NCBI GenBank assembly: GCA_034679345.1
Contig: JAXDAY010000028.1
Span: 232,665-296,664, forward strand
DNA: 64,000 nt
DNA from: Candidatus Eiseniibacteriota bacterium
Lineage (GTDB): Bacteria; Eisenbacteria; RBG-16-71-46; CAIMUX01; VGJL01
Reading direction: 5' to 3'
Each line of letters opens with the position of its first letter. Position 1 is the stretch's first letter. The position numbers and the translations under genes were made by a program. Positions 1 to 10,300 of this stretch are shown here, in pieces. Under the pieces are notes generated by a model. It had not been told where the DNA came from and ran no database searches. It was given only the letters and a program-made list of their open reading frames with translations.

Positions 1-102
1 CCCCCGGTCGCCGCGCGCGCCGCGACGAATCCGGCCGAGTGGAGAAAGATGCGGCGCGTCTCGGGAGCTACCGGTCTCATTCCACGGCCCGGCCGGGGCG
101 CA

Positions 103-978
103 TCACTCCCGCCACCAGCTGCGCCGTCCCAGGAGCGCCTTCTTCTGCTCCCTCCGGAAGCCTTCGATCTCTTCGGGTCGCAGAAGACGGGACGGCCGCA
201 GCCTGTACCCCTCGAGGAATCCATAGAAGAAAGCGATCCCGCCGATCACGTACGGTCGACGGACCATGTTCCGCACGGCGCGCAGGAGCGCGAAGAGGGG
301 CAGGTAGCCGATCCGGTAGGCCGCGAGCCCCTTGACGCGGAGATTGTCCAACCGGCCCGACGCCGTCCCCGTCACCCTCAAGTGGCGGAACCGGACCTCC
401 GGCAGCGAGCGCGTCCTCCAGCCGGCCAGCCGGGCTCGAATGATGTCGACCGTGTCCCACCCGGGACCCGGCACGAGGGGGCCGATGTCATCAAGGCAGG
501 CGCTGCGATAGACCTTCGTCGCTCCATGGACGTGATAGGAGGGGATCCGAACGAGCCCCCACGATCCGTCGGGGTGCGGCTCCAGCGCTCGTCCCCCGGC
601 GATCCCCAGGCGCGGGTCGGCCTCCATCGCCTCGAGGATCCTCTCGAAGTAGTCGGGATCGAAGCTCACATCGCCGTCGAGCTTGACGACCAGGTCGGGA
701 TCGAGCGCTCCCGCCTGCGGGAGCAGCGCGTTGAATCCCGTGGAGGTCGCGCTTCCGGCGCTTCGCCCGCTCTCGCGCTCCGCGCGCACGACGCGGATCC
801 AGGGATTCTCATTCGCGGCCGCCGCCAGCATCGCCGGCGTCCCGTCCCGCGATGCGTCGTCGCGGACGAACCAAGCGATCGGCCGGATCGTCTGGGAGAG
901 AACCGAGCCGATCGTCTGCTCGATGTAGGCCTCCTCGTCGCGAACGACGCTGATCAGGATGTAACGCAGTCCGCTCAT
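103..978 (-). CDS. Glycosyltransferase family 2 (292 aa)
   Basis: GT2-like N-terminal motifs (ILISVVRDEEAYIEQTIGSVLSQT, DDASRDGT, KLDGDVSFD). ATG at 978 forms an ATGA overlap with the upstream ligase stop at 975. The 712-aa track ORF is an upstream extension in GC-rich sequence. Confidence 0.8.
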   Translation of the reverse strand: MSGLRYILISVVRDEEAYIEQTIGSVLSQTIRPIAWFVRDDASRDGTPAMLAAAANENPWIRVVRAERESGRSAGSATSTGFNALLPQAGALDPDLVVKLDGDVSFDPDYFERILEAMEADPRLGIAGGRALEPHPDGSWGLVRIPSYHVHGATKVYRSACLDDIGPLVPGPGWDTVDIIRARLAGWRTRSLPEVRFRHLRVTGTASGRLDNLRVKGLAAYRIGYLPLFALLRAVRNMVRRPYVIGGIAFFYGFLEGYRLRPSRLLRPEEIEGFRREQKKALLGRRSWWRE

Positions 979-2333
979 GCGCGAGTCGAGCCGGAGGGCT
1001 CGCCCCCCTCGTGCAGCGCAAGGGCGAGCAGGATCCAGAACAGGGTCGCGATCACGGGGACCTCGAACGGATTCTCCGCGAAGCTCCCGGCGAGGATGCC
1101 CCAGAACGAGGCGACGGCGGCCTGCGTGACGGCATCGGCGCGGGCCCGCGGGCCTTTCATCCTTCGCCGGAGCATCACCGAGGCGGTCACGACGAAGACG
1201 AGAAACGCCGCGACTCCGACAATGCCGGTCTCGAGCCCCAGTCCGATCCAGGTCTGATGCGACGCTCTGCCGGTGTCGTAGGCCACGTACTCCGTGAAGG
1301 TGTCGGGTCCCGAGCCGAAGTAGGGCCGCTTCGGAATGAGGGTGAGGGCATAGAGCCAGAGGCCGATGCGCCAGAGAAAGCTGTTCTCCCCCTCGTTCGA
1401 CCAGGCGGTCTGCCATCGCGCGAGGAAGGTCGGCAACACCACCGCGACGCTCGCCAGGAATGCGGGGACCCCGACGAGGAGCCACCGCCGGCGCCGCGTG
1501 ATGACGAGCAGCGCGACCGCTGAGACGAACATCACGATCCAGCCGGTCCGTCCGAACGAGAGGTAGAGGATCGAGAGCTGCAACGCGAGAAGGGCCGATA
1601 GATAGGTCCTCCGGAACCACCGTCCGTCGAGGAGCAGGCTCAGGGTCAAAGTCGCCGTCACCGCCAGGTAGATCGACAGAGAGACCGGATGACGAAGCGT
1701 CCCGTAGGCGCGGCGGATCACCTCTCCCCCCGCGACCGGCGTCTCCAGGCCGTAGAACTTCGGGATGTCGAAGATCACGCCCAGGATCGCCGCGATGCAC
1801 GGAATCAGGCTCGAGAGAACGAGCGCTCCCGCAAGCATCCTGCGATCGCTCGAGGAGAACGCGGCTTTGATCAAGAAGGCGTAGAGGATCAGATACTCCA
1901 GATCCCGCATCCAGTTCTTCATGCTGCGCGCCGGATTGACGCTGAGAGCGACCGAGACCAACGTCACGGCGAGGAACAACACGTAGGCTCTCTCGACCGG
2001 ACTGCGGAACGGGGCGGGGCCGCCCAGCGCGAGCCGGACCGCCAGCGCCCACATGAGCAGCGCGGAGAAGACGACGTGGAGCGACACGCTCGTATCGCCG
2101 ATCTGGATGATGTCCAGGTTGACCGCGAGAAGCACGAAGATCGACAGAACCAGGATCGGGCGCGAGAGGATGCGAAGCCCCAGGACCGGCAATGCGAGCA
2201 GGATGGCGGGGAGGAACAAGAACAGCGGGCTCTTCAGCCACGCCGCGGCGAGCGCGGACAACAGACAGAGGAGGATGGCCGAAGCGGTCAGCGCCCGCGA
2301 CGGAGCGAGGGACGGTGCCGGAGAGCTCGCCAT
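975..2333 (-). CDS. O-antigen ligase / Wzy-like polysaccharide polymerase, polytopic membrane protein
   Basis: About 10-12 predicted TM helices and a Wzy_C-like periplasmic loop (LSILYLSFGRTGWIVMFVSAVALLVI). Start chosen at MASSPAPS (ATG 2333), just downstream of the Wzz stop. Translationally coupled to the GT2 gene. Confidence 0.65.
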   Translation of the reverse strand: MASSPAPSLAPSRALTASAILLCLLSALAAAWLKSPLFLFLPAILLALPVLGLRILSRPILVLSIFVLLAVNLDIIQIGDTSVSLHVVFSALLMWALAVRLALGGPAPFRSPVERAYVLFLAVTLVSVALSVNPARSMKNWMRDLEYLILYAFLIKAAFSSSDRRMLAGALVLSSLIPCIAAILGVIFDIPKFYGLETPVAGGEVIRRAYGTLRHPVSLSIYLAVTATLTLSLLLDGRWFRRTYLSALLALQLSILYLSFGRTGWIVMFVSAVALLVITRRRRWLLVGVPAFLASVAVVLPTFLARWQTAWSNEGENSFLWRIGLWLYALTLIPKRPYFGSGPDTFTEYVAYDTGRASHQTWIGLGLETGIVGVAAFLVFVVTASVMLRRRMKGPRARADAVTQAAVASFWGILAGSFAENPFEVPVIATLFWILLALALHEGGEPSGSTRA

Positions 2334-2346
2334 CCGGGTGGAGGCC

Positions 2347-3606
2347 TCAGCCAGCGATTCCTCGGGTCGGTCCGATGCGGAACGCCCGCCGGAGGAATGA
2401 AGGAAGCGCCGCCGCCAGCTCACCCCGAGTCTCGCCGTCGATCCGGCGGTCGAGATCGTCCAGGAACACGCCGCAGAGGATCCCGGCGAGCAGCCCTCCG
2501 ACGAGGGCGGCCAGGACGAAGCCGACGCGGTGCGGGCCGCTCTTTGCATGGGGCACACGCGCGCGATCGAGAGATTCGAAGGCGGGGATCGACTGGCTCT
2601 CCTCGATCTTCGTCTGCTCGAGCTGCGCCGCCAGGAGGCTGTACTTCGTCTCCTGAACCTTGAGGTCGATCAGGATGTGGGCGTATTCCCCGGCAAGCCG
2701 CGGCATCTCGGTCAGGGGGATCAGGAATGGTTCCTCCGATCGCCCGCGCGACGCGACCGCTCCCGAGCGGATGGAGGAGGCCGTCTGGCCCTCCAAGCGG
2801 CCGACCAGCTTCGCGATCTGCCCTTCGATCGCTTCGATCTGATAGTCGAGGCCCTTGAGCCGTCCCGACTGCGGGCTCGCGAAGCCGCCGAGCGCGTCGC
2901 GCTCGGTTTGCGCCTCGAGAAGTTGCGCCTGCAGCGTCCCGATGAGCTCGAGCATCCCCTCGGTCTGCTTCTCGACGGAGAAGACACCGTAGCGCTCCTG
3001 GAAGCCTTCGAGGCGGACTCGGGTCGAGTCGAGCTTCGCCAGCGTCTCGTTCAGGGCGTTCTCGACGCGGATCCGGGTCCGGCGTGCCCGCGATAGAGCG
3101 AGCGTCTCGCTCGAGCGCTCGAGGGCGATGAGGTAGGCGTTCACGATCGACGCCGCCATCGTGGGCGAGAGATCCATCGCCTCAATCGTGATCGAGACAG
3201 GATCGGGCGGGTCGAATACGATCCTCTCCTGCATGATCCGCAGAGTCTTCTCGATCCGCTCCTCCTCGGTCTTCGCCTTGACCTTGTAATGTCGGGAGAG
3301 TCCGAGGCTGTCGGCTACTGTGAGGGCCGTGCGCTCGCTCCTCAGGATCGCCAGGTACATCTCCGTGGGAGACACTTGGGCGGTGATGCCGGTCACCGCC
3401 GTGATCTGCGAGATCAGGTCCGAACCGAGGCCGCCATGCGGCGTCTCCACCAGAATCGTCCCGTTCGCGGTGTAGCGGTTGGGCGTGAAGAGCATGACGA
3501 TCGCCGTGACCAGGGGCAAACCGAGCGTGAATGTGAAGACGACCGACCGGCGCCGGCGAAGCACGCGCGCGAAGTCGAGCAGAGCCGAGCCGCCGCCATC
3601 CGCCAT
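2347..3606 (-). CDS. Wzz-like polysaccharide chain-length determinant (PCP family)
   Basis: N-terminal TM, a long coiled-coil periplasmic region and a C-terminal TM (VGFVLAALVGGLLAGILCGVF) give PCP/Wzz topology. GGAGG sits 6 nt upstream of ATG 3606. Confidence 0.75.
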   Translation of the reverse strand: MADGGGSALLDFARVLRRRRSVVFTFTLGLPLVTAIVMLFTPNRYTANGTILVETPHGGLGSDLISQITAVTGITAQVSPTEMYLAILRSERTALTVADSLGLSRHYKVKAKTEEERIEKTLRIMQERIVFDPPDPVSITIEAMDLSPTMAASIVNAYLIALERSSETLALSRARRTRIRVENALNETLAKLDSTRVRLEGFQERYGVFSVEKQTEGMLELIGTLQAQLLEAQTERDALGGFASPQSGRLKGLDYQIEAIEGQIAKLVGRLEGQTASSIRSGAVASRGRSEEPFLIPLTEMPRLAGEYAHILIDLKVQETKYSLLAAQLEQTKIEESQSIPAFESLDRARVPHAKSGPHRVGFVLAALVGGLLAGILCGVFLDDLDRRIDGETRGELAAALPSFLRRAFRIGPTRGIAG

Positions 3607-3625
3607 CGATTGCCTCCGTCCGGCC

Positions 3626-5353
3626 TCAGTTGGTCGCGTTGTCGATCACGATGTAGACCGCCAGAATCTGCGTCGTGAAGATGAGAGTCTCCCGCGCGAT
3701 CTGCCACCAGTCCCGCTCCGGCTTCTCCGGGACCATGATGGTGTCACCGGGCTTCATCTGCTTCGCCTCTCCGAGCTTCGCCCACTCTCCGCCTTCCACG
3801 CGGATCACCCGTGCCCGTCCCTTGCGCGCATTCTCCGCGAAGCCGCCCGCGAGATCGACGTAGTCCTCGGCCGAAAGCCCCAGCTCGTAGCGGACGTTGC
3901 CGGGATTCACCACCATCCCGAGTACGGTGACGAACTCCTTTCGCTTGGGGATGAAGATCTGATCCCCCCGCTCGAGGAGCACGTCGGCCTCCGGATCGCC
4001 CATCTCCAGCGCCGCGGGGAAATCGACGACCATCTGTCCCGCATTTGTGCGCGCCTTCATCTTGAAGTATGTGTACTCATCCTCGCGCATGTCGGCGACG
4101 GGGATCGTCTTGAGCCGCTCGTACTCGAGGTCCTTCAGGGGGATCGCCTCGCGCCGGATCAGTGTCGCTTCGACGAGGGAAGCCTCGTTGGTCAGCCCCC
4201 CGGCCCATCGAATGACGTCGGAGAGCCGGGTCACTCCTTCGTGCACGGGATACTGGCCCGGGAACCGAACCTCGCCGTCGATCTCGACGAGCCGGTGGCG
4301 GCGGATGTAGGGAATTCGACGCACGAAGACGAGATCGTTCGGCTGAATGTAGAAGTCCGCGTAGGTCGGCCGCCGGCCTCCCGGTAGCGAGGTTGCCGTC
4401 GGCGTGTACCGCTCCCCCGTAAGCCGCACATCCGGCATCGGATGGCTCTGCATGGGGACGAGACCGGATCCTGCAACGACGAGGAATCGTTCCGGCAGCG
4501 TGCTCCCCTTCGGATAGCGCGCGACCTCGACCGTGTCGACCGATGCCTCGAAGGAGAATCCCCCCGCCAGCTCGATGGCGTCGCCGAAGGTGTCGCCTTC
4601 GATGAAGCCGATGCTCAGGTTTTCGTTCACCGCGCCGAGGACGGAGAAGCGATCTTCCATGAATGGCACGTAGATCACGTCGCCGTCGATCAGGGTCGGG
4701 TTGACGCCGCCCACACCGCGCCGGAGGAACGAGAAGAGATCCGCCGTCGCGCGCAGCGTGTCGCCGTTCGTGACCTGGATGCGTCGGACCCCCGCCTTGT
4801 CCAGCATCCCGCCGGCCCATTCGATCGCGTCGGATACCCGATCGACCGCTGTTCCGAGATAGGTGCCGGGGACTTCCACCTGTCCGAGGACGTGGACCTG
4901 GAACTTCCTCAGGGAGACGAAGCTCACTCCGATCTCGACCCTTGGGTAGGTCTTCAGCACGAGCGCGCGGATCCGGTCCTTCGCCTCATCGAGGAGGAGA
5001 CCGTCGACCGTGACCTCCCCGATGTCGGGGACGACGATCTTCCCCTCGAGCGTCACCGGGAGTGAGTGCTGGAGGGTGACCGGGCCGAAGACGGTGAGGG
5101 CGAGGATGTCGCCCGGGCCGAGCCTGTAGCGGGAGCCGTCGATCGCCTTCTCGAGCCCCCCGCCCGGTCCCGGGACGATGCCCGTCGGCCGGCCGGTCGG
5201 CTCGGCCGCGAGCGCCTCGTCGGTCCGGTCGACATCGGGACCTGCGCCGGCTGTGAGCTCAGCGAACGCCAGGAGGAGGGCGATTGAGGTCAGCGCGCGT
5301 ATCCATGGCTGACGAGACCGGCTCAAGCCTATCCTCCCTGGTTCCGGCCCCAA
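3626..5353 (-). CDS. Wza-like polysaccharide export outer-membrane protein (Poly_export + SLBB repeats)
   Basis: PES motif region (RLGPGDILALTVFG) followed by repeated soluble-ligand-binding beta-grasp segments. N-terminal signal peptide. The annotated start at 5353 is a TTG codon, so the start is uncertain. Confidence 0.75.
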   Translation of the reverse strand: MGPEPGRIGLSRSRQPWIRALTSIALLLAFAELTAGAGPDVDRTDEALAAEPTGRPTGIVPGPGGGLEKAIDGSRYRLGPGDILALTVFGPVTLQHSLPVTLEGKIVVPDIGEVTVDGLLLDEAKDRIRALVLKTYPRVEIGVSFVSLRKFQVHVLGQVEVPGTYLGTAVDRVSDAIEWAGGMLDKAGVRRIQVTNGDTLRATADLFSFLRRGVGGVNPTLIDGDVIYVPFMEDRFSVLGAVNENLSIGFIEGDTFGDAIELAGGFSFEASVDTVEVARYPKGSTLPERFLVVAGSGLVPMQSHPMPDVRLTGERYTPTATSLPGGRRPTYADFYIQPNDLVFVRRIPYIRRHRLVEIDGEVRFPGQYPVHEGVTRLSDVIRWAGGLTNEASLVEATLIRREAIPLKDLEYERLKTIPVADMREDEYTYFKMKARTNAGQMVVDFPAALEMGDPEADVLLERGDQIFIPKRKEFVTVLGMVVNPGNVRYELGLSAEDYVDLAGGFAENARKGRARVIRVEGGEWAKLGEAKQMKPGDTIMVPEKPERDWWQIARETLIFTTQILAVYIVIDNATN

Positions 5354-5649
5354 CGACCGGCCCGCTGTAGTCTAGAAACCCCCTTGGGGACGGTCAAGCG
5401 ACCGATCCCCGATGGTTGTGGAGCGAAGATTGGTGCTGGGAGCCGCCGCGGTCTCACGCCTCCCGCGCCGCTCGGCGCCGCCCTCGGAAGGCACATCCCG
5501 GGACCCTCGCCGCCGCGGCGGGGTACCACACCGTGCCGCGCCCCTGGATCCCATCGTTCCGACGGGGTAAATTCCCGGAATATCGGCCGGATCGGCAAAT
5601 CCGAAGGAGGTTCGAGTTTGAGCCCTCGCCATGCCTGCCCCCGCATCTT

Positions 5650-6412
5650 GATTGCCGTCCTCCTGGGAGGGGCGATGCTTCCCATCGCCGCGCTCGCCGA
5701 GACCTGGCAGGAGAACATCGGGCTTCTGGTCCGCGTCGATGGCAAGCCGGACGGCTCGGCCCAGCTCTTCGACAGCGAGGACTATCAGAGGATGCTCCTC
5801 GTGCTCGGCGAGCCTCCCTCGGCGCTGGTCTTGGACCTCGCAGACGGCACAGTCGGCGCCGTTCCACGAGACAGCGTGCGGATCGACGAGAACGGAACCG
5901 CCGATCTGGGATCGATCGGAATCGAGTACCTCGCCGACTGCGAGCGGAAGGACGTCGCGATCCACTTCGCGCTCGAACAGAAGAGCGTCGAGATCGTGCC
6001 GCTGCCCCCGCTCATCGGCGAGACCACTCTCCAGCGGCTGCTGGAGATCAAGCCCTCCTACGCCGTCGCGGCGAAGGCCTACAAGCCGGATGGAGCCGCG
6101 GTCGCGGCTCTCAAGGGAGTGACGGCCTCGACGGAGATCCGCGTCTACTTCGGAACCTGGTGTCAGCTCTGCAAGAAGGTGGTTCCCAATCTGATCCGCG
6201 CCATCGAGCTGGCCGCGAATCCGAAGATCCAGGTGCGGTTCTTCAGCGTCGATGAGAATCTCTCCCAGCCCGAGGCGGAGATCCGGGCCAGTGCGATTGC
6301 GAAGACGCCAACCATCCTCGTGCGTCAGGGAAGCGGCGAGATCGGTCGGATCGAGGAGAAGGCGGAGAAGAGCGTCGAAGGCGACCTTGCCAAGATCCTG
6401 ACGCGCCCTTAG
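5650..6412 (+). CDS. Secreted thioredoxin-fold protein (TlpA/ResA-like, WCQLC active site) with N-terminal domain of unknown function
   Basis: C-terminal Trx fold carrying YFGTWCQLCKK (CxxC). Signal peptide if a TTG start at 5650 is used (MIAVLLGGAMLPIAALA). The track ORF from 5384 adds an unlikely Arg/Pro-rich leader, so the start is uncertain. Confidence 0.55.
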
Positions 6413-6437
6413 CGGGGCGTTCCGGGCGGAGGGCGGG

Positions 6438-7361
6438 ATGGGAGTGGTCACGCGAAGCAGGATCGTCTGGGCGCTGGGCCTAGTTCCGGTGGCCGTTCTC
6501 TTCTACGCCGCCATTCTGAAGGGGCTCGATCCATCCCTCTTCGCCGACCAGATCGGCGCCCACAAGATCACGCCGCCTTCCTGGTCGGGATGGCTCGCCT
6601 ACCTCATCATCGCCGTCGAATTGATACTGGGTGGAGCCCTCCTCTTCTTCTATAGGCCGCGCTGGACGCACCTGGCGTTCATCGCCCTCATGCTGGGTTT
6701 CATCGTCGTCACCGGGATCGCCTGGGCCCACGGGAACACGAAGGAATGCGGCTGCTTCGGCCGCGCCGTCGGACGCGGGCCGGAGAAGGTGATCCTTCAG
6801 GATGTCCTGCTGATTGCGCTCTCCATCGTCGCGATCTACTTGGCCCGGGGCCTCGATTCCTCGAGGTTCGCGCGTCGCATCGCGATCCCATGGATCCTTC
6901 TCTGCGCGGCCTTCACCGCGGCGGGCGCGCAGCTTCCGGCCGACGCCATCGTCACGGGAGTGCGCCGTGGAACCGATCTCGGCGACCTGCCGATCGAGGA
7001 TCTCCGCAAGCCTCACGACGAAGGCTGGGCGTTCCTGATCCTGCTCGATTCCCGCTGCCGGGACTGCCCCGAGGCGGTCGCATCGCTCGCCGGGCTCGCC
7101 AAGTCGAGGAAGGACCTCGCCATGACGGCGGTCTTCTCCGGAAGCCGGCAGGATGCCGCGGCATGGAGGCTCGATCACCTGCCTCCCATCCCGGTGGCCC
7201 ACGCGGCTCAGCGCGCTCTGCGCGCCTATTACCGCGAGCTTCCCTCCTGCTTCCTTCTCCAGAACGGGCGCTTGGTCCGCGCTTTCTGGGGCAGGATCCC
7301 GGGCTCGACCGAGCTGATGCCGCTGCTGCCCGCCCCGGCGGGCGACGGCTCCATTTCCTGA
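6438..7361 (+). CDS. MauE/DoxX-family membrane protein fused to C-terminal thioredoxin-like domain
   Basis: Four TM helices with the conserved CGC motif (TKECGCFG) typical of MauE/DoxX. Followed by a Trx-like domain with CRDC (CxxC) and a ...LVRAFWG end. Confidence 0.65.
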   Translation: MGVVTRSRIVWALGLVPVAVLFYAAILKGLDPSLFADQIGAHKITPPSWSGWLAYLIIAVELILGGALLFFYRPRWTHLAFIALMLGFIVVTGIAWAHGNTKECGCFGRAVGRGPEKVILQDVLLIALSIVAIYLARGLDSSRFARRIAIPWILLCAAFTAAGAQLPADAIVTGVRRGTDLGDLPIEDLRKPHDEGWAFLILLDSRCRDCPEAVASLAGLAKSRKDLAMTAVFSGSRQDAAAWRLDHLPPIPVAHAAQRALRAYYRELPSCFLLQNGRLVRAFWGRIPGSTELMPLLPAPAGDGSIS

Positions 7362-10300
7362 CGCGCCCGGAACTCGCGCTCCCTCTGGGTGAGGCGGTCG
7401 CGGAGGCCGCCTCCGAAGTCGTCGAGGATCGTGTAGACGACCGGCACAACCACGAGGGTGAGCAGCGACCCCGTGATCAGTCCGCCGATCACGGCGCGCG
7501 CAAGCGGGGCGCGGAACTCCGCTCCCGCGCCGATCGCGAGCGCCAGCGGCAACATCCCGAAGATCATGGCCATCGTCGTCATGACGATCGGCCGCAAGCG
7601 GATCTGCCCCGCATCGATCAAGGCCTCCCGCCGGCCGAGCCCCCGCTCCCGTCCCTGATTCGCGAAGTCGATCAGCAGGATCGCGTTTTTCGTCACCAGC
7701 CCCATCAGGAGGATCAAGCCGATCATGCTCATGATGTTGAAGGTCGTCCCCGTGGCGAGCAGCATCAGGAGCACCCCCACCATCGAGAGGGGCAGGGAGA
7801 GCATGATGGCCAGAGGCTGGAGAAAGGATCCGAACTGGCTGGCCAGCACGAGATAGATGAAGATGATCGCGAGTAGCATGGACTCGACGATGTGGCTCAC
7901 CGTCTCTCGGAACATCTCTGTCTCGCCGCTCATCTCCACCGAGTATCCGCTCGGAATCCGAAGCTGGGCGATTCCCTCCTCGATGTCCTTGCTCACCTTT
8001 GTCAAGGTCTCCCCGGTGAAGTTCGATTCCACGAGAGCGACCCTCTTGAGGTTTCTGCGGTCGATCGTCTGCGGGCTCGACGAGAGCGTGATGTCGGCGA
8101 TGTGGCCGAGGCGCACGATCTGGGGGGCGCCGGTCGCCGGATCGCGACCGCCTGTGGCAAGGGGGATCGCCGCGAGCTGAGAGACCGATTCTCGCGCGCT
8201 CCGCGGCAGGCGGACGATGACGTCGTGCTGCTCGCCGCCGGGATCCTCCCAGCTCGTCGCCGCCTGCCCGGCGAAGGCCGGGCGCAGCGTGCCGGCCATG
8301 CTGCCGACGCCGATTCCGATGTCGTTGGCAAGCGCGCGCCGAACGTCGATCCGCACCTCCGGCTGTTCCTCCTCCATCGCCGATTCCGCTTCGATCGCAC
8401 CCGGAGTGTTGCGGACGAGCTGGAGGACCTCGTCGGAAATCCGTTTGAGCTCGTCGATCTGATCCCCGGAGACATAGATCTGCAACGGCTTGTTCGGGCC
8501 GCCGAATCCGCCCGCCGCGAGCACGGAGATGGTCACCCCGGAGAGGCCGGCGAGATCGCGCCGCAGGATCGGCTCGAGCTCCTGCTGGGATCGCTCGCGA
8601 TCCTCCTTCGGTGTGAGCCTCACATAGATGCTCGCCTCGTTGACCTGCGCGCTGAATCCCCCGGCGATCGTCTCGTAGGTGTAGTCCACCTCCTCGTAAC
8701 GATTGAGGATCCGGGAGATCTCCTGCACGCGATCGCGCGTGTACTCGAGTGACGAACCCACGGGCGTCTTGACGTAGACGCCGATCTCGCCCTGGTCGAT
8801 GTCGGGGAAGAACGTCCCTCCGACCAGAGGAAAGAGCGCGAGGGCCGCGACGAACGCCACGACGGCGATGCCAAGGGTCCAGACGCGATGGGAGAGAGAC
8901 CACCCGATGAGGTGGCGGTACAGCTCGCCGAGGCGGATGAAGCCGCGGTTGAACCTCTCGAGCGCCCTTCCGATCGGACCACGTCCCACGTGTCCCTCTG
9001 CGACGGGGTCGTACCAGACGGAGGAGAGCATCGGGTCCAGGGTGAAGGAGACGAAGAGGCTCACGGCGACGGCGCAGGCGACCGTGATCCCGAACTCCTT
9101 GAAAAACTTCCCGACGATCCCCCCCATGAAGCCGATCGGCACGAAGACGCAGAGCGTCGAGAGTGTCGTGGCGAGCACTGCAAGGCCGATCTCGCTCGTT
9201 CCCTTTCTCGCCGCGTTCTTGTGATCCTCCCCCATGCCGACATGTCGCACGATGTTTTCGCGCACGACGATGGCGTCGTCGATGAGAATCCCCGTCGCGA
9301 GAGAAAGCGCCATCAGCGTCATCTGGTTCAGGGTGTAGCCGAACGCGTAGACGGCGGCGAACGCGGCGATGATCGAAACCGGCAGGGTGAGACCCGTGAT
9401 CACCGTCGATCGCCACGAGTTCAAGAAGGTGAAGACGACCAGCACGGTCAGGATCGCGCCCAGGAGGATCGTGACCTCGACGTCCTCGACCGACTCCCGG
9501 ATCCAGACCGAGTCGTCGCGGACGATCCTGAGTTCCACTCCCTCCGGGATCCGATCGCTCAGCGCTTTCACGCGCTCGTTGATCCGGTCGGCGACCTCCA
9601 CGGCGTTGCCCTTCGAGACCATGCGGATGTCGACGCCGATCGCCGGGTCGCCCTCGAAGAAGGCGGCCGAACGCGCCTCGTCCGCGCCGTCGATCACGCG
9701 GGCCACGTCGCGGATCCGGATCGGTACGCCGTTCCGGGAATCGACCACGATGTTGCCGAAGTCGGCCGGCTCCCGGATCCGCCCGGCCACGCGCACGAGC
9801 TGCTCGCCGGGGCCGAGCTCCAATCTCCCCGCGGGGATCTCCATGTTCTCCGAGGCGAGCGCGGCCATCACTTGCTGGATCGTCACCGCTCGCGCCGCCA
9901 GGCGCTCGGGATCGAGCTCGACGACGATCGCGCGCTCCTCCTCACCGACCACCGTGACCTGGCCCACTCCCTCGACGGACTCGATCTCCTTTCGAATCAC
10001 CTCGTCGGCGAGCGTCGTCAACTCCCGAAGCGTCCGCGTGCCCGATCGCAGCGCAAGGGACATGATCGGCTGGTCAGCAGGGTCGAATCGAAGCACGAGG
10101 GGCTCCTCGATGTCCTTGGGCAGCTCGTTTCGGATCGACTCGATCTTCGCTCTCACGTCCTGCTGGGCGTCCATCTCGTCGACTTCGAGCTCGAACTCGA
10201 TGAAGATCAGGGAGAGCCCTTCTTGCGAGGAGGACGTGAGGTCCTTGACGCCGTTGATCGGGTTGACCGCTTCTTCGATCCTCCTGGTGACATCCCGCTC

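Noticed and set aside
1-102. 98-aa + ORF (39-335) and other short ORFs at the left edge
   Set aside because: They overlap the 3' end of the GT2 gene in other frames, with no support. The first 100 bp are probably 3' UTR or intergenic.
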